From the NCBI RefSeq assembly GCF_000253055.1, contig NC_016070.1, positions 1,440,001 through 1,472,000 on the forward strand: a stretch of 32,000 nt of DNA. Reading direction: 5' to 3'. The position numbers were made by a program, and so were the translations under genes. This document shows positions 24,527 to 32,000 of the stretch, one piece after another; the stretch's first letter is position 1, and every line of letters starts with the position of its first letter. Source of the DNA: Thermoproteus tenax Kra 1. GTDB lineage: Archaea; Thermoproteota; Thermoprotei; Thermoproteales; Thermoproteaceae. The notes below the pieces were generated by a model. It made no database searches. It was not told where the DNA came from and saw only the letters and a list, made by a program, of their open reading frames with translations.

Positions 24527-25666
24527 CTAAAATTGCATTAAAAGTTTTACCATACCTGTCCCTATCGGGATATGCCTGCCCGCAATTATGTTCTCAAAGA
24601 CCCCTCTGAACGGCTCTACATCGCCTTTAGTCGCAGCCTCCACTAACGTCTTTACGGTCACCTCAAATGCGGCTCTGGCCAACGGCGACTCCTTGGAGCC
24701 CACTACGCCGTGTCTTCCTATTGGTCTTACCTTGCCCAGCCAAGTCATAGCATCAGCGATCATATACATGTGTCTCACATCTACGTCCAGACCTTGGTCT
24801 ACCAAAACTCGCCTGATTTCGGACATTATTAAAGTTCTAGCGACCTCTATGCCTAATACTTCGGCGACTTCGTGTAGATCGTTGCTGTAAGTCCTCGTGT
24901 AGTCCACCTCCTCCAATTGGAGAACGCCCTCGAGGTTTGTGCCCTCAGTTACTATATACCACTCGCCAGTGTTTCTATCTTGATCAACTAGAACTTTCCT
25001 GATGCCCTTTATTCCACTGATTCTAGTTTGTAATACTTTATCTTTTAATTTTCTTATTTTTAACATATCTGGCATATTAATTTTTATATAGATAAAATTA
25101 TTTTCTAGCTCCACTGTAACGCCCTTCCCGCGCATTCGTGATAGTGCCTTCTCAATGTCTTTGAGCGAGATGCCTCTATATTTAAGCTGTTCTTGATCCA
25201 ATTCTATTGTTATAGTGTATGTGATATAATCTATATCTACTGATTTTGCAAGGCTCTCTATAGTTGTCAACTGTATCTTTTTCGCCACCTCGGTAGCCGA
25301 TTCTTTGGACTTATTATAGGGCGGTTTAAGGTACACATACATGAGAGGCGTCGACGGCTTTCTTCTGGCGTCAACGATCTCGATCATTCTCGGAAGTCCG
25401 CGTGCCATGGAGAACTCTCTGAGGCCCGCGAAATGGAAGGAGCGCAAGATCATCTGTGTCGACGGCTCGCCTATTGATTGAGCCGTTATAATGCCAATGG
25501 CCTCGCCTGCGTCAATCAGCGATTTTATATATAGCCTTAGAGCTCTATATATAATCTTTAGAGCAGTCTCTTCATCCAAGCCCTCGATCGACTTCTTCAG
25601 CTCCTCATAAAGCGACTTCGGAATAACCGAGGAGACGTCCTCGAGTATTTGAGCCGCAGACATCAC
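24527..25666 (-). CDS. rpoA2: DNA-directed RNA polymerase subunit A'' (Rpo1C)
   Basis: 379 aa with AIGIITAQSIGEPSTQMILRSFHFAG and the C-terminal GVFENIIAGRHIPIGTG. ATGA overlap with rpoA1. Confidence 0.95.
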   Translation of the reverse strand: MMSAAQILEDVSSVIPKSLYEELKKSIEGLDEETALKIIYRALRLYIKSLIDAGEAIGIITAQSIGEPSTQMILRSFHFAGLREFSMARGLPRMIEIVDARRKPSTPLMYVYLKPPYNKSKESATEVAKKIQLTTIESLAKSVDIDYITYTITIELDQEQLKYRGISLKDIEKALSRMRGKGVTVELENNFIYIKINMPDMLKIRKLKDKVLQTRISGIKGIRKVLVDQDRNTGEWYIVTEGTNLEGVLQLEEVDYTRTYSNDLHEVAEVLGIEVARTLIMSEIRRVLVDQGLDVDVRHMYMIADAMTWLGKVRPIGRHGVVGSKESPLARAAFEVTVKTLVEAATKGDVEPFRGVFENIIAGRHIPIGTGMVKLLMQF

Positions 25667-28314
25667 CTCGTATTAAGCTTTATGATATTTATATTGAAGG
25701 GCCTCCCATGGTCTGACTTAGATACATCAGTCCCATCGTCTCCATATAGCGGTTGTAACAAGAGGCCCGTGCCGTATCTAACAGTCCCATCGTAGGCCAC
25801 ATATGCATCCTGGAGTGCGTTTATTATACGGCGTTGCATATAGCCGCTTTGGGCAGTGCGCACGGCCGTATCGATCAAGCCATCTCTTCCTCCAGCTGCG
25901 TGGAAGAAATACTCAATTGGCGTAAGTCCGCGTTTAAATGAAGATCTCACAAAACCGCCTGAGAATGGCCCTATATCGCCGACGGGGAAGTGTGGAAGAG
26001 TCCTTGTCCTATATCCACGCTTTATCCTCTCTCCTCTGATAGTCTGTTGCCCCAACGTGGCGACCATTTGTACAATATTTGTTAGGCTACCGCGGGCGCC
26101 CGTCTTGGCCATCAAATAGGCCTCGGACCTCTTATCGATATATCTATCTACTACGGCCTCAGCATCGCTGCGGACCCTCGATAGTATCTCGGCCAATCTG
26201 TTCTCTAGCGTCTCTTGTACCGTGTAGCCCGGCGCCGCTTCCAGTCTTCCCTCCCGGTAGATCTCTATTAGCTCCATCGCTTTGTTTATGCCGTTCTCGA
26301 TTATCTTATCGACCTCATGTAAAGCCTCATCGGGCAAATTCAGTGAGTCTAGGCCCATAGAGAAGCCTCTCAAATCTAAGAACCTCAAGAAGAGTCGTAG
26401 GGAGGAGTCCAGCCAACGTCTGGCCACATCGGAGCTGTAGTCGCGCGCAATGCGGTGCCATAGAGAGTCCACTTGCTCCGCGCCTATCGACTTCTTGTCC
26501 AGTGTGCCCGCCAACAGGTTCCCATTGATTATGATGATCCACTCATCCTTTTCACACGTATAAGGCTCCTTGCAAGTAGATTTAAACGCAGTGGGCTGTA
26601 CCCAGTTGAAATCTCTGGGCAACGTCATACTGATTATCTGTTTGCCCGTCCAGAGCTCTACAGGGTGCAAAATCGCAGGCTCTGGCAGTTCATCCTCTAG
26701 CTTCATCGCTCCTACTAAAAATGCCGCCTCCTTTTTTGTGAGCAATGTAGTCTTCCGCGATAGGAGGTAGGCTCCTATTATGTAGTCCTGGCGGGCGCCT
26801 ATTATGGCGCCTCCATACCGCGGCGTGACTATATGCTCCTGGACGAGCATCAACGTCCTGGCCTCAGCTCTGGCCTCCTCAGTTTGAGGTATATGTAGGT
26901 TCATCTCATCTCCATCGAAGTCCGCGTTGTATGGCGGACAGACGGCCAAGTGTAGCCTGAACGTTCTACCCGGCAGGACCCTCACTATATGACCCATCAT
27001 GGAGACCCTATGCAACGAGGGCTGGCGGTTAAACAACGCTATATCGCCATCTCTAATGTGTCTTTCAACGATCCAGCCGGGGGCCAACTTCTCCGCGAGC
27101 TGTTTTCTATCTTTTACATATCGTAAATCTATACGTCTTCCCTCAGGCGTAATGACGTAGTTGGCTCCAGGCCACGCCTCAGGCCCCCTCATGACAGCTT
27201 GCTTGAGATCCTCCAAGTTCCACTGAGTTACTCTCTCTGGGACTGTGAGCACCTTGGCTATATCTATCGGAACGCCTACCTCGTTTATACTCAAATTGGG
27301 GTCAGGGCTTATCACTGTGCGCGCCGAGAAGTTGACGCGTTTGCCCGAGAGGCTGCCTCTGAAACGGCCCTCCTTTCCCTTAAGTCTCTGCGCAATGCCC
27401 TTTAGAGGTCTACCGCCGCGGTGCTTAGCCAGTGGGATCCCAGGAAGCTCATTGTCGAAATATGTGGCTATATGGTATTGAAGAAGGTCCCAGAGGTTAT
27501 CTATTACATTAGTGGGAGCGCCCGTCTCTAAGGCTATCTTCAGCTTTTCGTTCATCCTCATTATGTCCACAAGCTTGTGAGTCAGGTCGTCCTCGCTCCT
27601 GATGCCCGTCTCCAACTGGATCGAGGGCCTTACGTGAGGCGGAGGCACCGGCAGAACTCTAAGGATGGCCCACTCGGGCCTCGCAGATGTAGGGTCGATG
27701 CCCAACAGCTCTAGGTCGCTGTTTGGCACTTTAACGAGACGCTCGAGTACAGTCTCGGGGTCCAACTTGATCAGAGCGCCTGTCTCAGTCTCCTCGTAGA
27801 AATTGTACGGCCTCTCGAAGCGTATCTTGTTGCGTTTGTAGCCGCAGTGCGGACACGTAGTCCTCTCCGCCGCCTTGCGGAGTATTTTCTCATGAAGGTT
27901 GGAGGCCAACAGCTTCCATCTGCCCTTGAGTCTCTGAAGACGCTCACTATATCTCCTTATCTCCTCATCCTTCAGCATTATTCTGCCGCAGTGCGGACAC
28001 GTGGCCCTCAATACATCGTATATAAAACGCGCGAACTCGACGTGGATAACAGGCTTGGCCAACTCAATATGGCCGAAGTGTCCGGGGCAGACGTCGTAGG
28101 ACTGCCCACACGTTTCACATTTCGCTCCAGGCTCGGCCACTCCCAGTCGTCTATCCATCAAGCCGCTTCGCACAGGTAGCCCGCCTTCATCGTAGATCTC
28201 AGATGTAGTGATCTCTAAGGTGGAGTATCTCCTTATTAAGTCGGGGCTGAGAATGCCGAACTTAATGCCCTTTATGATCTTAGTGGGCACTACGTCTATC
28301 TGGGAAACGGCCAC
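25663..28314 (-). CDS. rpoA1: DNA-directed RNA polymerase subunit A' (Rpo1N)
   Basis: 883 aa, GTG start. Zinc motifs are CETCG ... CPGHFGH. The catalytic loop is YNADFDGDEMNLH. Confidence 0.97.
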   Translation of the reverse strand: MAVSQIDVVPTKIIKGIKFGILSPDLIRRYSTLEITTSEIYDEGGLPVRSGLMDRRLGVAEPGAKCETCGQSYDVCPGHFGHIELAKPVIHVEFARFIYDVLRATCPHCGRIMLKDEEIRRYSERLQRLKGRWKLLASNLHEKILRKAAERTTCPHCGYKRNKIRFERPYNFYEETETGALIKLDPETVLERLVKVPNSDLELLGIDPTSARPEWAILRVLPVPPPHVRPSIQLETGIRSEDDLTHKLVDIMRMNEKLKIALETGAPTNVIDNLWDLLQYHIATYFDNELPGIPLAKHRGGRPLKGIAQRLKGKEGRFRGSLSGKRVNFSARTVISPDPNLSINEVGVPIDIAKVLTVPERVTQWNLEDLKQAVMRGPEAWPGANYVITPEGRRIDLRYVKDRKQLAEKLAPGWIVERHIRDGDIALFNRQPSLHRVSMMGHIVRVLPGRTFRLHLAVCPPYNADFDGDEMNLHIPQTEEARAEARTLMLVQEHIVTPRYGGAIIGARQDYIIGAYLLSRKTTLLTKKEAAFLVGAMKLEDELPEPAILHPVELWTGKQIISMTLPRDFNWVQPTAFKSTCKEPYTCEKDEWIIIINGNLLAGTLDKKSIGAEQVDSLWHRIARDYSSDVARRWLDSSLRLFLRFLDLRGFSMGLDSLNLPDEALHEVDKIIENGINKAMELIEIYREGRLEAAPGYTVQETLENRLAEILSRVRSDAEAVVDRYIDKRSEAYLMAKTGARGSLTNIVQMVATLGQQTIRGERIKRGYRTRTLPHFPVGDIGPFSGGFVRSSFKRGLTPIEYFFHAAGGRDGLIDTAVRTAQSGYMQRRIINALQDAYVAYDGTVRYGTGLLLQPLYGDDGTDVSKSDHGRPFNINIIKLNTR

Positions 28315-28333
28315 GCCCCGTCAGAGAAATCTA

Positions 28334-28341
28334 TATATAAA
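28334..28341 (-). promoter_or_regulatory. TATA box for the rpoA1-rpoA2 unit
   Basis: AAAATTTATATATAG on the - strand lies in the 61-nt rpoB-rpoA1 spacer, centred about 24 nt upstream of the GTG at 28314. Confidence 0.5.
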
Positions 28342-28375
28342 TTTTAACTTTTGACGGAGTCTACGATAAAACGAC

Positions 28376-31300
28376 TTACTCTAGGATTTCGGCCAGCTCT
28401 AATTTGGGGTATATGCCCAGAGATATCAGCTCTTGGAGCAATAGCTTGAACGCATAGGGGACCACCACTTTGGCGAACTGGCCAGTCTCTCCGTGAATAG
28501 GACACTTAGGCCTATTCGTCTTTGCGTCCAGATATGCGGGCAGGCCGCAGAGTTCGCAGACGTACATGACGTATTTATCGCTGGATTCGACCATCCTCTC
28601 ATAGAGCAACGCGGATGCTCCGTGGGCGATGAGCACGTCGCGCTCCATCTCGCCTAGCCTCAGCCCTCCCTCTCTAGATCTGCCCTCAGTGGGCTGTCTA
28701 GTCAAGATTTGCACAGGCCCTCTCGAGCGCGCGTGGATCTTATCGGCTACCATATGGTGGAGCTTCTGATAGTACACAATCCCTATAAAGATATCGGCGA
28801 CCAACTTTTCTCCTGTGATTCCGCTGTACATAACCTCTTTGCCATCCCATCTATATCCCAACTTCATAAGGAGCTCTCTGAGCTCCGACTCGGGAACCCC
28901 CTCGAAGGGGGTGGCATCTATCAATCTCCCTACCATAGCACCTGCCTTCCCAGCTATGGATTCAAGGAGTTGGCCAACAGTCATGCGGGAGGGCATGGCG
29001 TGTGGATTTACTATTATATCGGGCACTATGCCGTCCTCTGTAAACGGCATGTCCTCCTGCCTTAGGAGCATTCCGATAACACCCTTCTGTCCGTGGCGCG
29101 ACGCAAACTTATCGCCCAACTCAGGCACACGGAGCTCCCTCAGTCTCACTTTGACCAGCTTGTTGCCCTCGGGCGACTCCGTTATCACGACTCTATCGAC
29201 GATGCCCTTTTCGCCCCTTCTTACAGGTATCGAGGCGTCCCGACGCTCCTTTAGAATTTTCTCAGTTTCCAGAGTCATGTAGAAACGCGGAGGCGCAGTC
29301 TTCCCTATTATGACCTCGCCGCCTGAGACGTAGACCTCTGGCGGAGCTATTCCGTCCTCGTCCAAGTGTCCGTAGGCCTCGGGCCCCCTATAGCCTCGCG
29401 CCGAGGGGTCCGGCACCTCTATTCTGTCCTCCTCGCCGCCAGGATATTTCTGTTCCTCCGTCTCATAGGTACGATAGAAGTTCGAGCGCATAAAGCCCCT
29501 CTCGACAGAGGATTTGTTCATAATTATGGCGTCCTCTATATTGTAGCCCGTATATGTCAGCAGTGCGACTACGGCGTTCTGGCCAGCCGGCTTCCGCGAA
29601 TATCCAATGAGCTCTAGACCCCTCGTAGTGACTATGGGTCTCTCCGGATAGTACAACATGTGCCCTCTAGAGTCTAGTTTGTACATAATATTGGCTTGAG
29701 GAAGCCCTAGGGACTGTTTGGCCATCGCTGCCTCGTATTGGTTGCGCGGCGATTGGTTGTGTTCTAGGTATGGGATAATGGAGGCTATGGCCCCGAGGAT
29801 AGATGAAGGAATAATCTCCATATGGGTGTACCCAGCGAGATCCTCCTGAGGATCTACAGCTATATGCGCATTTTCCTCCTCATCTGCGTCCAGATACTCG
29901 ATCACGCCCATTTTAATCAGGTCGTTCCACGTCAGCTCGCCGGCCACCAACTTCTGTACGTGCTCCCTTGTTAGCTTCAGTTTGCCGTTCTCGACAACCA
30001 ATAGAGGGCGCCTTATACGTCCGCCATCGCAGTTCACATATATCGAGTTGCCCAAGAGGGCGACATTAACTTCGTCGTGGACCTTCCCTTGTCTCCTCAT
30101 GGTTCTGATGTTTTTAACCAACTCCTCCGGCTCTGGATGCACTCCTATCAATCTGCCGTTGAGGTACACCTCAGCTCCAGCTACGCCGTTACGTCTAGCC
30201 TCTAACACGGGCACTACGCCCAAATTATACAAGAGTCCCTCCACACTCGACTCATCAACTCCCATTGTCACTTCAGCCAACAAAGCCAAATTCTTGACCA
30301 ACCCGACGTTCTGACCTTCAGGCGTCTCAACGGCGCATAGTCTGCCCCACTGGGTTGGATGAAGATCGCGGGCCTCGAAGTGAGGCTGAGTTCTGCTCAA
30401 AGAAGATACGACCCTCCTCAGATAACTAAGCGTCGACAGATAGTTAGTTCTGTCAAGTATCTGCGAAACGCCCGTCTTTCCTCCCACCCAGTTTCCTGTG
30501 GCGAGCGCCTGTTTCACACGCTCCGTAATAATGTCGGGTCTCACTATGGTCTGAAGGTGAGGTATCTTGCCTCTGGCGTAATATTTCTCCAATTGATTCT
30601 TCAACTCTTGGAGGAACTGCTTCATCACAGTTCTGAATAGTTGGGCCAACAGATCGTTGACCAGTCGCACGCGCTTATTGGCGACGTGATCCTTATCGTC
30701 TGGCCTCCTTCTGCCGAGTTGCATCTCTATGAGGCCCTTGGCTACTTGGCCCAACAACAACGCCTTCTTTATTCTGGCCTCCTGCATGGCCTTATCGTCT
30801 GGCTTCTGTGGGTTCAAGTTCGGCAGGAAGTATTTGTCGAGTATCTGGAGCGCCCTCTCTATCCTTATGGGCCGGGGCTGTCCCACGGCTATCTTGCCGC
30901 CTATGAAGTCCAGTGCATCGTCCCTAGTAGTGGCTATCTCTTGTCCAGCCAACAGCGAGGGCAATAGCTCCTTCTGGATATCGGGATCGTCAGAGACGGC
31001 AAGAACTATATCTTGGTCGCTCTCTAGACCCATGGCGCGCATGTAGACCGTGAAAGGTATTCTCACCGGTATGGCGGAAAGCGTCACGTATATTACGCCG
31101 TCTTTGTGATATTCCACCGTCATGGTAGCGCGGTAGCCCGGCCCCGTTGAGATCACCTTGGCGAGATATCTTACCGTTGGTTTATCGCCTACGTCATATA
31201 TAGGCCTATCTGTCACAAGATCCTCTTGGCTTATAACAACGCGCTCGCTTCCGTTAATTATGAAGTAGCCGCCCGGATCCTCCGGATCCTCAAACTTCTT

Positions 31301-31759
31301 GGCATACTCCTCCGGCTTTAGTCTAGTCAAGTTGCACCTCTTAGACTTAACTACTATTGGCAGCTCGCCCGCGTATATTGTTTCTGTCGCGTAGGGCTCA
31401 TCGTCGACGTAAAGCGTCATTGTGAGATATATGGGGGCACTGTAGGTGGCGTTGCGCAGCCTGGCCTCCATGGGATAGATGAGAGATTCCGAGCCGTCCG
31501 GCTCCTTTATACGCGGCCAACCAATTTCAACCCTCTCTATCACGACTTTCAAGCCCTTTATCTCCGTCTCCACAGTCCCCATCTCCTCAACGATCTTGGG
31601 CAGACGCCTTTCAACAAAGTCGTTGAAAGCTCTTATCTGGTGGTCTACTATGCCTCTATCCCTTATGAACGCCCTTACGAGGGCCCATCTGTCATCGGAG
31701 GTAGGAAACAGCCCATCCCCTCCTCGATATTTAATGGGTATGGGGAGCAGATCTACCAT
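28376..31759 (-). CDS. rpoB: DNA-directed RNA polymerase subunit B (Rpo2), unsplit
   Basis: 1127 aa. Signatures include GDKFASRHGQKGV and EMERDVLIAHGASALL. The C-terminal zinc ribbon is CELCG ... CPIHG. Confidence 0.97.
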   Translation of the reverse strand: MVDLLPIPIKYRGGDGLFPTSDDRWALVRAFIRDRGIVDHQIRAFNDFVERRLPKIVEEMGTVETEIKGLKVVIERVEIGWPRIKEPDGSESLIYPMEARLRNATYSAPIYLTMTLYVDDEPYATETIYAGELPIVVKSKRCNLTRLKPEEYAKKFEDPEDPGGYFIINGSERVVISQEDLVTDRPIYDVGDKPTVRYLAKVISTGPGYRATMTVEYHKDGVIYVTLSAIPVRIPFTVYMRAMGLESDQDIVLAVSDDPDIQKELLPSLLAGQEIATTRDDALDFIGGKIAVGQPRPIRIERALQILDKYFLPNLNPQKPDDKAMQEARIKKALLLGQVAKGLIEMQLGRRRPDDKDHVANKRVRLVNDLLAQLFRTVMKQFLQELKNQLEKYYARGKIPHLQTIVRPDIITERVKQALATGNWVGGKTGVSQILDRTNYLSTLSYLRRVVSSLSRTQPHFEARDLHPTQWGRLCAVETPEGQNVGLVKNLALLAEVTMGVDESSVEGLLYNLGVVPVLEARRNGVAGAEVYLNGRLIGVHPEPEELVKNIRTMRRQGKVHDEVNVALLGNSIYVNCDGGRIRRPLLVVENGKLKLTREHVQKLVAGELTWNDLIKMGVIEYLDADEEENAHIAVDPQEDLAGYTHMEIIPSSILGAIASIIPYLEHNQSPRNQYEAAMAKQSLGLPQANIMYKLDSRGHMLYYPERPIVTTRGLELIGYSRKPAGQNAVVALLTYTGYNIEDAIIMNKSSVERGFMRSNFYRTYETEEQKYPGGEEDRIEVPDPSARGYRGPEAYGHLDEDGIAPPEVYVSGGEVIIGKTAPPRFYMTLETEKILKERRDASIPVRRGEKGIVDRVVITESPEGNKLVKVRLRELRVPELGDKFASRHGQKGVIGMLLRQEDMPFTEDGIVPDIIVNPHAMPSRMTVGQLLESIAGKAGAMVGRLIDATPFEGVPESELRELLMKLGYRWDGKEVMYSGITGEKLVADIFIGIVYYQKLHHMVADKIHARSRGPVQILTRQPTEGRSREGGLRLGEMERDVLIAHGASALLYERMVESSDKYVMYVCELCGLPAYLDAKTNRPKCPIHGETGQFAKVVVPYAFKLLLQELISLGIYPKLELAEILE

Positions 31760-31998
31760 TAGCCCGGCACAACTAGTCTATATATAACTGATTCTCCCGC
31801 AGTCTCAGAACGTCTCACTATCTTGATCACATCGCCTGGCTTCGCGCCAACCGCTTTAACAAGGGGATCGCTCGACCTTATCCAAGGTATCTGCCAGGGC
31901 CTTACTCTCAGCTTTCGGAGCAACGCCCTGGCCTCCTCCTTAGTTAATACGACGACCTCCTGAGGCCCTAGAGAGTGCTCAAGAACTCTTTTGCTCAC
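31759..31998 (-). CDS. rpoH: DNA-directed RNA polymerase subunit H (Rpo5)
   Basis: 79 aa, GTG start 3 nt from the window edge. LPWIRSSDPLVKAVGAKPGDVIKIVRRSETAGESVIYRLVV. The TAA overlaps the rpoB ATG by 1 nt. Confidence 0.88.
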   Translation of the reverse strand: MSKRVLEHSLGPQEVVVLTKEEARALLRKLRVRPWQIPWIRSSDPLVKAVGAKPGDVIKIVRRSETAGESVIYRLVVPG

Positions 31999-32000
31999 GG

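Noticed and set aside
2911-25110. AT-rich islands as MITEs, insertion scars, CRISPR-like repeats or horizontally acquired cassettes
   Set aside because: I could see no shared repeat unit, terminal inverted repeats or target-site duplications. The islands keep the reading frame and encode conserved motifs of the host proteins (for example NKID in the GTPase). They are therefore recoded native sequence rather than inserted elements.
1-32000. Defence systems, toxin-antitoxin pairs, integrases/transposases, prophage or plasmid remnants, inteins or frameshifts in the RNAP genes, and tRNA/rRNA genes
   Set aside because: No ORF shows the relevant catalytic or structural motifs. The RNAP subunit lengths are canonical with no intein-sized insertions. 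I found no T-arm or anticodon-arm-like tRNA signatures in the few non-coding spacers.

Overview
This is a compact, almost fully coding 32-kb stretch of a crenarchaeal core genome. It looks Thermoproteales-like: split rpoA, unsplit rpoB, an L30e-NusA-S12 block, many GTG starts, and TATA boxes about 24 nt upstream of start codons, which implies leaderless mRNAs. The right 12.8 kb is one co-directional minus-strand string: rpoH-rpoB-rpoA1-rpoA2-L30e-nusA-S12-rpoD-L18e-L13-S9-rpoN-Sm-SAM synthetase. The left 19 kb holds housekeeping genes: pyrH, Obg-like and NOG1-like GTPases, S11, RtcA, ADP-forming acyl-CoA synthetase alpha, DUF62, DUF47, AmmeMemoRadiSam radical SAM, proteasome beta, EndoV, RibL-like, UPF0179, Rio2 and DUF460, plus several unknowns. 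I saw no CRISPR array, transposase, integrase, toxin-antitoxin pair or recognisable defence gene, so I cannot point to a discrete new multi-gene system. Four things are not explained by the gene list. (1) Sixteen sharply bounded AT-rich islands sit in frame inside GC-normal genes. (2) A roughly 300-bp GC-rich, ORF-free island looks like a structured RNA. (3) Two tandem C/D-box sRNA candidates each have their own TATA box. (4) Several tightly coupled gene pairs involve uncharacterised proteins (Rio2-DUF460, membrane protein-polyCBS-DUF167, S11-ORF104). All identifications come from motif recognition by eye and memory of protein families; no searches or computations beyond hand counts were run.
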